Part shown: positions 8,662 through 17,696 of the stretch, piece by piece
How positions within the stretch are numbered: position 1 is the first letter of the stretch
Layout: every line of letters starts with the position of its first letter
The notes under the pieces: model-generated
What the model was told of the DNA's origin: nothing
The model's database searches: none
What the model saw: only the letters and a program-made list of their open reading frames with translations
Position numbers and translations under genes: made by a program
Source: an archaeon
GTDB lineage: Archaea > Iainarchaeota > Iainarchaeia > Iainarchaeales > CSSED10-239
Direction of reading: 5' to 3'
Length of the DNA stretch: 37,256 nt
NCBI GenBank assembly: GCA_029557995.1
Contig: JAKQHQ010000009.1
Coordinates: 1-37,256 of the forward strand

Positions 8662-9117
8662 CTATAATTTTTTACGTATTGGCTCCTTTTTACTTTTCTT
8701 TGCCTGCTCATACCTAAAGTAACCGACAGCCAATTCATCAGGGCTGTAACCAGCAGCAAGGATTTCTTCTTGAGAGAAACCTTCCTCCAATCTTTCCTTT
8801 ACGCCTTCATAAACATTTTTTCTAATGCCTTTTTTGACAAGTAACAAATCTATTTTTCTTCTATCAGATACCTCGCTAACCACATCTGGGTCTAAGCGTG
8901 ATACATCCATGTTTTTTTTAAGCTCAATTGCTTGTCTTTTCAAGACAGTTACTCTCCTGTTTAATTCATTAAGTGTTTTTTTAGTGTGTTGTATTTTGCT
9001 TTTTGGAATCTCTTGCCCTGGCTTTAGACCTTCAACATAACGCAATCCTTCCTGAAATTTTTTTTCTGGGATTATCCTTTTTGCTGGCCTCTTTACTGGC
9101 TTTTTCAATGTTGGCAT
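8662..9117 (-). CDS. Hypothetical basic protein
   Basis: 151-aa Lys/Arg-rich ORF filling the gap between cysS and asnS. No family recognised. Confidence 0.5.
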   Translation of the reverse strand: MPTLKKPVKRPAKRIIPEKKFQEGLRYVEGLKPGQEIPKSKIQHTKKTLNELNRRVTVLKRQAIELKKNMDVSRLDPDVVSEVSDRRKIDLLLVKKGIRKNVYEGVKERLEEGFSQEEILAAGYSPDELAVGYFRYEQAKKSKKEPIRKKL

Positions 9118-9176
9118 GATATTTTCACCTTTTTAAGTAATACAATATATTAGATTGGTTAACTTTAAAAACACAT

Positions 9177-10478
9177 CTATGGCTTGTATCTGTTTATAGT
9201 CCTTGGAAATGGTATAGTGTCCTTGATGTTATCAACGCCTGTGATATAAGCAATCAGCCTTTCCACACCCATCCCAAAGCCAGAGTGTGGAACAGAACCG
9301 TACCTTCGTGTGTCTAGATAAAACTCATATTGCCTTGGGTCTTCGCCTTGCTCAATTAACCTTTGTTTTATCTTTCCCAAGTCCGACTCCCTTTCGCTAG
9401 CGCCAATGATTTCGCCATAGCCCTCAGGACCTATACAGTCAAAGCCTAGAACAACTCTTTGGTCTTTTGGGTCTTCTTTCATGTAAAACGCCTTAACTGA
9501 TTTTGGATACCTTGTAACTATTATGAAGGTGTCGTAAAGCATACTTAGCTTATCCTCCTCAATGGTCCTTAGGTCCTTGCCCCATTCAACATCCATTTCT
9601 GCTTTAGTCTTCAATTTATTTAATGCATCAGTATAGCTCATCCTCACAAACTGCTTGGATATCGCCGTCTCAAGCTTTCTTTTATCTCGTTTTAAGACAT
9701 GGAGCTCCTCCTGATTGTTTTCAAGCACTCTGCCTATCACAAACTTGATAAGCCCTTCAGCATAGTCCTGAAGCATCTCAAAATCAATCCACGCACCTTC
9801 CATCTCCGCATGCCAATATTCTGTAAGATGCCTAGATGTCTTTGACTTTTCAGCCCGAAATGATGGGGCAACTGTATATATTTTTCCCAAAGAAAATATC
9901 GCTGGCTCTGCATACAATTGCCAGGTCTGCGCCAAGAACACTCCTTTCTCGCCAAAATAATCCACATTGAAAAGAGTTGAACCACCCTCACACTGCACTG
10001 ACTGCAGGATTGGGGATTGGTACTCGTAAAAACCCTCTTTCCTGAAATACTCGTGGATTGCGCCAATCACTGTTGAGCGTATCTTCAGGATTGCATTCAT
10101 CTTCATGCTCCTCAGCCACAAGTGCCTTACATCCAAAAGAAACTCCTCAGAGAAATCCTTGGAGATAGGATAGTTATCAGAGCTTCCGACTAATTCAAGG
10201 GAATCAATGTCTATCTCGTAACCCTGTGGGGACCTTTCTTCCTTTCTTAAGGCACCGCTTACTAAAATTGATGCCTCAATCCCAAGCGACTGTGCTGTCT
10301 TAAAATCCTTTTCGCTTAGCTTGTCTTTCCATGCAACAAGCTGGATGATTCCGCTCTCATCCCTAAGCATTATAAAGACATTGCTTTTTTGGGTTCTTAT
10401 TCTATAGACCCAACCTCTCAGCGAAACATTACCAGCTTTTTTTTGCAATGCCTCTTTGACACTAATATATGTTTCCAT
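9177..10478 (-). CDS. asnS: Asparaginyl-tRNA synthetase
   Basis: 433 aa, class IIb. FRAEKSKTSRHLTEYWHAEME and YGSVPHSGFGMGVERLIAYITGVDNIKDTIPFPR match AsnRS motifs 2/3 better than archaeal AspRS (which has GMPPHGG). Confidence 0.85.
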   Translation of the reverse strand: METYISVKEALQKKAGNVSLRGWVYRIRTQKSNVFIMLRDESGIIQLVAWKDKLSEKDFKTAQSLGIEASILVSGALRKEERSPQGYEIDIDSLELVGSSDNYPISKDFSEEFLLDVRHLWLRSMKMNAILKIRSTVIGAIHEYFRKEGFYEYQSPILQSVQCEGGSTLFNVDYFGEKGVFLAQTWQLYAEPAIFSLGKIYTVAPSFRAEKSKTSRHLTEYWHAEMEGAWIDFEMLQDYAEGLIKFVIGRVLENNQEELHVLKRDKRKLETAISKQFVRMSYTDALNKLKTKAEMDVEWGKDLRTIEEDKLSMLYDTFIIVTRYPKSVKAFYMKEDPKDQRVVLGFDCIGPEGYGEIIGASERESDLGKIKQRLIEQGEDPRQYEFYLDTRRYGSVPHSGFGMGVERLIAYITGVDNIKDTIPFPRTINRYKP

Positions 10479-10578
10479 GTATCTATTTCAACCCCAGTTT
10501 CACATTTATTATTGTAGAGCAAAAAATATTAAAACAAAAGCTTTTGCCTGTTCTAGCGTCTCTATTCAGTTTGTATTG

Positions 10579-13428
10579 CTAAAAGGAAAAACAAACTTCC
10601 CTGCCTATAAGCTTTTGTTTGCCCTGACGCCTGCTGTCAAATTGGACAACAACAAGCCTAGTTGAGGTCGCCTGCTCTATTGCCTGCTTGTTGGACTCAA
10701 GAAAACCACTATCCGAGCAAGAGATCTCTAAGTTCACTACTTGGCTTGGGGTGAGGTTGCTCTTTTTCCTTTCTGCCTGTATTGCCCTTGTCAGCTCGCT
10801 TAACTCCCAAAGGTCTTCTATGCCTTGCGGAAGCTTTTTGTCTAGGTATATTGTGATGTTGTCATTTACTTTCCCAATCTCAAAATCACCCTCTGGTTTG
10901 TAGTTTTGGAAAATGACTTCCTTGATGTTAGCCATTGACTCAACAATTTCCCTTGTGGCACAGAGCTTTTGGTAATCTGTGGAAACAACAACAAGCCTTG
11001 GAAGAACCCACCTTAATCTTTTCTTTAATCTTTCCCTTGCTGACAGTGTTTCCTGTACAATGCTTAGAGCAGTATCAAAGCTTTCTTCCAAACCCTTGTC
11101 AATGTAACTTGTCTCAGCTACAGGTAGCCCTTCAAGATGGATGCTTTCCCCAGCCCCCTTAAACTTCAAGAAAAGATACTCTGTAAGGTGCGGGGTCACA
11201 GGCGAAAGCAACAACAAAAGCCCAGAATAAATATGGCACAAAACATTATTTCTCTCATCCCTTTTCTTTACAAGCTTGATATAGGTCCTGCTTAGATCGT
11301 CTAAGATAAACTTTTCAATATCTGCTATTGCTTTAGAAAATTCACAATTACAAAAGCTTTTGTGGTAATCCTCAACAATTGAGTTGTATTTTGAAAGAAT
11401 CCACTTGTCCTCTGCCTGAAGTTTTTGGTTGTCTATATTTGGAAAAAATATAAGCCTGTCGTCCATGAGCGCAAGCAAGGAAAAGATGTTCTCTAAAAGG
11501 TTGAATACCCTCTTGATATCTACAAACTTCTTTTCGTCAATCACCACATCCATTCCATTGTATTCCCTTGCAAAATAATACCTATAATAGTCAATTGAGT
11601 GTTCACTGAACCTTTCAGAAAGTTGCTTGTCGTTGCCAAGTGACTTTGAAAGCTTCCTTCTGTCAAGCGCAAGCACAAGCCCATGAAGTGCTATAAACTT
11701 GTATGGCGCCTTGTCAAAGCATATGGCCGAGCAAATCAACTGGGAGTTCCACCAACCCCTTATCTGGTCCGAGCCCTCAAGATTGATATCAGCAGGCCAG
11801 AATTTCTCAAATAGCTCTATGTTTTTTGGGTAGCCAAGACCTGCAAAAGATGCAACACCCGAGTCAAACCACACATCAAAAATCTCTGGTATCCTTCTTT
11901 TTGTCCCACCACACTTACAGGAAAAAGTTACTTTATCAATTGCTGGTCTATGGATATCCATGCTTGTGTCAAGAGCTGGCACCCTCACCTTAAGCTCTTC
12001 AAGGGAGCCAAACACCTCAATCTCTCCACATTTGTCGCATTGCCAGATTGGTATCGGCGTGCCCCAATATCTTGCCCTTGAGATTGGCCAGTCAGAAAGT
12101 GATTCCAACCAATTATCAAACCTCTCCTTTGCCCACACTGGATACCAGGCAACCTCTTGCTTGTTTATCTCCCTTAACCTATCTTTCATGCTTTCTATAC
12201 TTAGAAACCACTGCGGTAAGGCAACCTGAAGCAATGGAGAATAACACCTCCAACATATTGGGTAGCTGTGTGTTATCGCTTTTTTACCAAGTATCGCATT
12301 TTTGCCTTCCAAATAGCTGATGATATCTTTATCTACATCCTTCACTTTCCTGCCCTGGTGCACCATAAGTGTGTCATCGTAAACCCCTTCTACTGTTACT
12401 GGGCAATATGCAGGCAAATTGTATTCTTTGCCCACTATGTAGTCCTCTCTTCCATGCCCAGGTGCACAATGCACCAAACCAGTGCCTTCCTCTAAATGCA
12501 CAAACCTTGCAGAAAGCACAACCTTATAACATTCCTTCTTTAAGCTATCTATATCCTTTAGCCATTCCCCTAGGATTGGTTCATACTTTTTTCCAGCTAA
12601 CTCCTTGCCAGAGAATTTGCTTCCTATTTTGTAGTCCCCACCCCAGTTAAGGTCCTCAACAATCCTTAAAACAAGCTCCTGCGCCACTATATACTTCTCG
12701 CCAGAATGTATCAATTCAATGTAAGTGTAGTTTGGATTAACCATAATTACAAGATTAGCAGGTAGAGTCCAAGGTGTTGTTGTCCATACCACAAAATAGG
12801 TGTCAGTGCTTCCAACAAGTTTCATCTTTACATATATGGATGTGTCTGTCAAATCTTTGTGCTCAATTTCGTTAAACGACACAGCAGTCCCACATTCCGG
12901 GCAAATATGCACTGGATACTTGTCATGGTATAACAACCCCTTCTCAAAAGCCCTCTTAAATGCCCACCATGCACTCAGCATATATTCTTTGTCAAGGGTC
13001 CTGTATGGGTGTTCCCAATCCATCCATTGCCCAAGCTCGTATATCTCTTTAGACATATCTGCGATATGCTCTATTGCAAAGTCAAAGCATTCTTTCGTGA
13101 ACCTCTCTACCCCAAACCTTTCAATGTCTTCTTTTGACTTCAAGCCATGCTTCTTTTGCACCTTTGCCTCAATTGGCACACCGTGCGTATCAAAGCCAGG
13201 TATGTCCTGCACATAATACCCAGACATGCGCCTATATCTTATTATCAAATCCTTAAGCATCCTGTTCATTGCTGTGCCTAGATGAATATGCCCAGAAGCA
13301 TAAGGTGGGCCATCTGTGAAATAATAGTTATTGCTAGCTTTCTTAGTTCGTACCTTCTCTGGAATGCCTTTCTTTTCCCAATAATCAAATATTTCCTTTT
13401 CTGTCTTATTGCTAAACTGCTCTTGCAT
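10579..13428 (-). CDS. ileS: Isoleucyl-tRNA synthetase
   Basis: 949 aa. GPPYASGHIHLGTA (HIGH), KLSKSLGN (KMSKS), WPISRARYWGTPIPIW, and the CWRC/CPEC Zn-type editing/CP1 context. Confidence 0.93.
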   Translation of the reverse strand: MQEQFSNKTEKEIFDYWEKKGIPEKVRTKKASNNYYFTDGPPYASGHIHLGTAMNRMLKDLIIRYRRMSGYYVQDIPGFDTHGVPIEAKVQKKHGLKSKEDIERFGVERFTKECFDFAIEHIADMSKEIYELGQWMDWEHPYRTLDKEYMLSAWWAFKRAFEKGLLYHDKYPVHICPECGTAVSFNEIEHKDLTDTSIYVKMKLVGSTDTYFVVWTTTPWTLPANLVIMVNPNYTYIELIHSGEKYIVAQELVLRIVEDLNWGGDYKIGSKFSGKELAGKKYEPILGEWLKDIDSLKKECYKVVLSARFVHLEEGTGLVHCAPGHGREDYIVGKEYNLPAYCPVTVEGVYDDTLMVHQGRKVKDVDKDIISYLEGKNAILGKKAITHSYPICWRCYSPLLQVALPQWFLSIESMKDRLREINKQEVAWYPVWAKERFDNWLESLSDWPISRARYWGTPIPIWQCDKCGEIEVFGSLEELKVRVPALDTSMDIHRPAIDKVTFSCKCGGTKRRIPEIFDVWFDSGVASFAGLGYPKNIELFEKFWPADINLEGSDQIRGWWNSQLICSAICFDKAPYKFIALHGLVLALDRRKLSKSLGNDKQLSERFSEHSIDYYRYYFAREYNGMDVVIDEKKFVDIKRVFNLLENIFSLLALMDDRLIFFPNIDNQKLQAEDKWILSKYNSIVEDYHKSFCNCEFSKAIADIEKFILDDLSRTYIKLVKKRDERNNVLCHIYSGLLLLLSPVTPHLTEYLFLKFKGAGESIHLEGLPVAETSYIDKGLEESFDTALSIVQETLSARERLKKRLRWVLPRLVVVSTDYQKLCATREIVESMANIKEVIFQNYKPEGDFEIGKVNDNITIYLDKKLPQGIEDLWELSELTRAIQAERKKSNLTPSQVVNLEISCSDSGFLESNKQAIEQATSTRLVVVQFDSRRQGKQKLIGREVCFSF

Positions 13429-13473
13429 GGCTTTTTACCTTCGTTTACATATTTACTCAAAAGAAAACAGCTA

Positions 13474-13548
13474 TGGGAGAAGCAGGATTCGAACCTGCGA
13501 CCTTTGGTGTATAAGACCACTGCTCTAACCAGGCTGAGCTATACTCCC
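13474..13548 (-). tRNA. tRNA-Ile (anticodon UAU)
   Basis: Reverse complement folds as GGGAGTA-TA-GCTC-AGCCTGGTTA-GAGC-A-GTGGT-CTTATAC-ACCAA-AGGTC-GCAGG-TTCGAAT-CCTGC-TTCTCCC-A. The cloverleaf is good except for a U6:U67 and a G27:A43 mismatch. Confidence 0.85.
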
Positions 13549-13576
13549 AAAAAAAAACAAAAACCTTTATGTGCCA

Positions 13577-13921
13577 TTATTTGCTAACAGACATAAAGTT
13601 ATCCAAATTCACATCTATGGACTTTGATACCTCCTCAAATTCCCCAAACCTCCCGATGTTTAATCTCAAGGTGTTTTGAAACACAGAAGAAAACAGGTTT
13701 CTGAAGGAGTATGTCTTTCCTAACTCAATCTTATTGATTGCGTCATCCCAAGCAGTAAGATAGATTGTGCCTGTTTCATCGCCTATCAAAATCTCACAGA
13801 CATTGTGCTTTGTCTCATCAAGCTTTGAGACAACCTCGCGTACAGCCGTCTTGTCAATGACTTTTGCTATGAGGTCTATCTTTTTTTGAAAGCTTTTTAT
13901 ATCAGATATGGTTTCTGTCAT
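13577..13921 (-). CDS. Single OB-fold ssDNA-binding (SSB/RPA-like) protein
   Basis: 114 aa. KIDLIAKVIDKTAVREV ... VCEILIGDETGTIYLTAWDD ... LRLNIGRFGE matches the crenarchaeal-type SSB OB-fold pattern. It has no flexible acidic or RGG tail. Confidence 0.65.
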   Translation of the reverse strand: MTETISDIKSFQKKIDLIAKVIDKTAVREVVSKLDETKHNVCEILIGDETGTIYLTAWDDAINKIELGKTYSFRNLFSSVFQNTLRLNIGRFGEFEEVSKSIDVNLDNFMSVSK

Positions 13922-14037
13922 CTTAACATTACCCCCCCTTGAAGAGTATCTATATATTTTAGCTAAGATATTATTAAAATCCTTCTGGTTTTAATATGTG
14001 GGGCAATGGGAAAAAGAAATAGCAAAAAAAAGAAAGC

Positions 14038-15663
14038 TTACATTTCATCCATGCCTGCACCGCCTGGCATCCCAGGCATGGTCTTTGACTTGCTTGATTG
14101 CCCTGCAATGATGTCATCAATCCGCAGTATCATCTCCGCAACCTCTGTTGCTGACAGCACTGCCTGTGTTTTTATAGCTATGGGCTCAATCACTCTTTTC
14201 TTTTTCATGTCTGCAATCGTGCTGTTAATCACATCAACACCATAACCCTTGTTGCTTTGGTCCTGATGCTTGGTCCTGAGGGCAACGATAGTATCAATGG
14301 CATCAAGACCTGCACTCTCAGCTAGTGTCTTTGGGATGATTTCCAAAACCTCAGCGAATGCTTCAATAGCCAGTTGCTCCCTTCCGCCAACTGTTTTAGC
14401 AAAGTTCTTCAACCTTAGGGCAACTTCAATTTCAGAAGAACCGCCTGCAGCAACAAACTTCCCTGACTTGATTGTGGATATCACTGCACCAATCGCATCA
14501 TTTAATGTTCTTTCGGTTTCTGCAAGTAATTGCTCAGAGCTACCACGTAGAAGTATAGTGACATAGTTTGGATTTGGGCAACCCTCAATAAATAGCATGT
14601 CGTCGCCAGCAATTTTCTTGGAATAAACATTACTTGCTGTGCCTAAGTCCTTTGCAGTGACATTTTTTAGCCTGTTTATAATCTTTGCGCCTGTCGCCTT
14701 TGCAAGTGTTTCAATGTCTGTCTCCCTTACCCTCCTTATTGCAGTAATCCCTGCCTTTGCAAGGTAATGCTGAGCAAGGTCGTCAATGCCTTTTTGGCAG
14801 ATTACAAGGTTTGCACCAGTTGCCTGTATCCTGTCAACCATTGTTTTAAGTGTCTGCTCTTCCTGGTCAATAAACGCCTGTAGCTGGTCTGGAGAAGTTA
14901 TCTGTATCTTTGCTTCTGTCTCTGGCTCTTTTACCTCAAGCGCAGAAGTCACCAAAAGTATCTTTGCGTTCTTTATTGCCCTTGGCATCTCTGGATGCAC
15001 AATCTCTTTATCCAAAACAATTCCATCAATCAATTTTGTGTCAGCCAAATTTCCTCCAATTTTTTGCTCAATCTTGATTTGATCCTTTTCAAGCTCCTTG
15101 CTACCCTTTGATATCTTTAATATGCCGTCCACAACAATGTTTGAAAGCGCTGAGCTGTTTTCTGCTGCCTTGCCTGTCATTGATGTCTTTGCGATATCTA
15201 AAAGCAATTGCCTGTCGTCAACACTCACCTTCTCTGAAATCTCGTTAAAATATTCAACTGCCTTTTCTGAAGCCATCTTATAACCCTTAATGATTATGGA
15301 TGGATGGATGCTCTCATCTAGAAAGTTCTCTGCTTTTGAGACAAGCCCACCTGCAATAACAACCGCTGTTGTAGTTCCATCGCCAACCTCGTCATCTTGG
15401 GTCTTTGCAAGCTCCACAAGCATCTTTCCGATAGGGTGCTCTATTGCCATCTCCTTGAGTATGGTTGCACCATCATTGCTTATAGTTACATCCCCCATCT
15501 CATCAACAAGCATCTTATCCATACCCCTTGGACCAAGTGTTGTCTTTATTGCATTGCTTACAGCTTTTGCAACCAAGATATTCATTCTTTGGGCGTCCTT
15601 TCCTCTCTCTCTTTTTGAACCCTCTGGCAAGAAGGTTGTGTTTTGGCTTTGATTGTCGTTCAT
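14038..15663 (-). CDS. ths: Thermosome subunit (group II chaperonin)
   Basis: 541 aa. [42 protein letters not shown], and a C-terminal [11 protein letters not shown] tail. Confidence 0.95.
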   Translation of the reverse strand: MNDNQSQNTTFLPEGSKRERGKDAQRMNILVAKAVSNAIKTTLGPRGMDKMLVDEMGDVTISNDGATILKEMAIEHPIGKMLVELAKTQDDEVGDGTTTAVVIAGGLVSKAENFLDESIHPSIIIKGYKMASEKAVEYFNEISEKVSVDDRQLLLDIAKTSMTGKAAENSSALSNIVVDGILKISKGSKELEKDQIKIEQKIGGNLADTKLIDGIVLDKEIVHPEMPRAIKNAKILLVTSALEVKEPETEAKIQITSPDQLQAFIDQEEQTLKTMVDRIQATGANLVICQKGIDDLAQHYLAKAGITAIRRVRETDIETLAKATGAKIINRLKNVTAKDLGTASNVYSKKIAGDDMLFIEGCPNPNYVTILLRGSSEQLLAETERTLNDAIGAVISTIKSGKFVAAGGSSEIEVALRLKNFAKTVGGREQLAIEAFAEVLEIIPKTLAESAGLDAIDTIVALRTKHQDQSNKGYGVDVINSTIADMKKKRVIEPIAIKTQAVLSATEVAEMILRIDDIIAGQSSKSKTMPGMPGGAGMDEM

Positions 15664-15678
15664 AATCTATCCACCTCT

Positions 15679-16077
15679 CTATTCATGAAACTTCCTTTCA
15701 ACATCATCAATCAAGCAATCGCATTCTGCTTTTATCTTCTCCAGATTCTTGATAATCTTCATTTTTTCAAGCTCTATTGTTTGAATGTTCTCAAATGTTT
15801 CAACTGCCTGCTTGAACATTCCATAATCAACATAGCTATACTCATAACCATTCATTTTCTTGCATACTGTCTCAACTATCCTACCTAAAAAAAGATTCAT
15901 TTCTCTCTTGACAATACCCTTTATCTGTTTATGTTTGTCAAGGTTTTTCCTCATTAATCTAACTACAGTAGCGTTTGGGAATGGTAATTTATCGTCATCA
16001 AGCTCAACCCCCTCATCCTCAACTGCGTCTATTATTTCTTCTTCAACATCCTGTTTTTCAAAATCTTGCTCACTCAT
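15679..16077 (-). CDS. Histone-fold-like protein (CBF/NF-Y/archaeal histone superfamily) with an acidic N-terminal tail and a coiled-coil C-terminal extension
   Basis: 132 aa. LPFPNATVVRLMRKNL (alpha1), KQIKGIVKREMNLFLGRIVETVCKKM (long alpha2) and YSYVDYGMFKQAVETF (L2/alpha3) align by eye with HMf/NF-YB-type folds. Residues 1-30 are almost purely D/E. Confidence 0.5.
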   Translation of the reverse strand: MSEQDFEKQDVEEEIIDAVEDEGVELDDDKLPFPNATVVRLMRKNLDKHKQIKGIVKREMNLFLGRIVETVCKKMNGYEYSYVDYGMFKQAVETFENIQTIELEKMKIIKNLEKIKAECDCLIDDVERKFHE

Positions 16078-16241
16078 CTATATCCCTCTTTTTTTTGTTA
16101 TAAAAATAGCTCTAACCTATAATAATATATAAGTATAGAAGGCTTTAAATATATATATTTTTTAGTTGCTTTCTCAATTAAAAAGAATAAAAAAAATAGT
16201 AGAATAAAGAAAATAAAAAACCTAAAAATCTTGCATTAACT

Positions 16242-16403
16242 TCAGTACTCGTCTTCATCAAGACCCTCATCCTCAAAGTCCTCGTCCTCGCTCTCTTCTG
16301 TCTCTTCCTCGCCCTCGTCTTCGTCAAAGTCCTCAAAGCTCTCGTCCTCGTCTTCCTCACATTTGTAAACCTGCCCTGCACCATAGTTATTTATCACATA
16401 CAT
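16242..16403 (-). CDS. Small, extremely acidic protein (53 aa), not in the ORF track
   Basis: ATG at ~16403 is preceded by GGTGA ~9 nt upstream. It reads MYVINNYGAGQVYKCEEDEDESFEDFDEDEGEEETEESEDEDFEDEGLDEDEY, ending in a stop. It overlaps the listed Arg-rich 16178..16384 ORF in another frame and resembles its neighbour 16448..16648 in composition. Confidence 0.5.
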   Translation of the reverse strand: MYVINNYGAGQVYKCEEDEDESFEDFDEDEGEEETEESEDEDFEDEGLDEDEY

Positions 16404-16447
16404 TTTACATTCACCTTTTTTTTGTTTTTAATGCACTTAAAATAACC

Positions 16448-16648
16448 TTAGTCCTCATCATATTCCCTGTCTGTGTCAAAGTCCTCTTCATCCTCACTCT
16501 CAAAGTCATCTGAGTTGTATTCCATCTCTATATCTTCTTTTTCCTCATTGAGGACCTCATCCCCATCATAGTCAAACTCATTAAGAGCGTAACTTACTTC
16601 TTTTTCAGATTTCTTTTTTTGGTCTTCCTTTTTTGCTACCATAGCCAA
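16448..16648 (-). CDS. Small, extremely acidic protein
   Basis: 66 aa: ...KKEDQKKKSEKEVSYALNEFDYDGDEVLNEEKEDIEMEYNSDDFESEDEEDFDTDREYDED. The listed start is TTG. An in-frame ATG two codons downstream (~16642) has a GAGGT site 8 nt upstream and may be the real start. Confidence 0.55.
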   Translation of the reverse strand: MAMVAKKEDQKKKSEKEVSYALNEFDYDGDEVLNEEKEDIEMEYNSDDFESEDEEDFDTDREYDED

Positions 16649-16773
16649 ATACCTCTTTATGGAATTATTTAAAAAACGCTTTTATTCTTAAGAAAATATG
16701 GAGGCATAAAGTTTAAATAACCTATTGTTTTTGAGGGTGCCATTTATAAACACATTCAACAACTAAATCTGTT

Positions 16774-17694
16774 ATGCCTAAACCGTATTTGCCAAAGGAA
16801 TTCAAGGAAAAATATGAAAGATTACTTGGGGATGAATCCTCTGCATTCTTTGAGAGTTGCATGACTAAACCAGCAAAATCGTTAATTATCAATCGCCTTA
16901 AAACTGATGACTATGGTTTTCTAAAAGAGCTTGAAACGTCCTTTGAGAAAGTTAGATACATAGACAACACATTCTTCATAAAATCAGAGGTGAGCGGATT
17001 TGGCAACCTGATTGAGCAGAATATCGGGCTTTTCCAGATGCAGGAGGTCTCATCCATACTGCCTGCAATTGTATTAGACCCAAAGCCAAGCGACATAGTC
17101 CTAGACCTTACAGCTGCCCCAGGGAACAAGACAGCTGTGCTTGCACAGCTTATGGGTAACAGGGGCTTGATTATAGCTAATGACATTGACAAAAGCAGGT
17201 TAAATACCCTTATATTCACCTTGAAAAAACAAGGTGTGACTAACACAGTTGTTACCTGCCAAAACGGGATCAACTTTAACCCAGGTTTTTTGTTTAATAG
17301 GATACTGCTTGACGCGCCCTGCTCTTGCGAAGGCATGGTAAGAAAAAAGCCAGATTTGCTAAGGGATTGGTCAGAGGCACTTGTGAAATCTAAAGCTATT
17401 GTGCAGAAAAGATTATTGAGTAATGCTGTTAGTTTGCTTAAGGATGATGGAGTGCTTGTGTATTCAACCTGCACGCTGTCCCCTGAGGAAGATGAAGAAG
17501 TAATTGATTATGCTGTAACTGAGTTGCATTGCAGAACCGAAGAAATTAGATTGCCTGGAGTCCCAAGTAGCAATGGGCTTTTGGAGTATAATCACAAAAG
17601 ATACTGTCCAGATGTATCTAGGGCTATGAGGCTCTGGCCACACAAAAGCGGAACTGAGGGCTTTTTCATATGCAAACTGAAAAAAGAGGCGTGA
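16774..17694 (+). CDS. NOL1/NOP2/Sun-family RNA (cytosine-C5) methyltransferase
   Basis: 306 aa. SAM-binding VLDLTAAPGNKT, catalytic motifs LLDAPCSCEGMVRKKPD (motif IV, PC) and VYSTCTLSPEEDEEVI (motif VI, TC). Confidence 0.88.
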   Translation: MPKPYLPKEFKEKYERLLGDESSAFFESCMTKPAKSLIINRLKTDDYGFLKELETSFEKVRYIDNTFFIKSEVSGFGNLIEQNIGLFQMQEVSSILPAIVLDPKPSDIVLDLTAAPGNKTAVLAQLMGNRGLIIANDIDKSRLNTLIFTLKKQGVTNTVVTCQNGINFNPGFLFNRILLDAPCSCEGMVRKKPDLLRDWSEALVKSKAIVQKRLLSNAVSLLKDDGVLVYSTCTLSPEEDEEVIDYAVTELHCRTEEIRLPGVPSSNGLLEYNHKRYCPDVSRAMRLWPHKSGTEGFFICKLKKEA

Positions 17695-17696
17695 GT

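Noticed and set aside
16178-16384. Listed 68-aa Arg-rich ORF (MVQGRFTNVRKTRTRALRT...)
   Set aside because: It is the out-of-frame reading of a GAn-rich acidic coding tract and runs into an A/T-rich spacer (poly-F/Y end). The alternative 53-aa acidic frame has an SD-supported ATG and matches its neighbour in composition.
16245-16640. Long polypyrimidine (C/T) tracts on the plus strand that could suggest triplex or H-DNA or a regulatory element
   Set aside because: They are fully explained as the antisense of GAN (Asp/Glu) codon runs in the two acidic ORFs.
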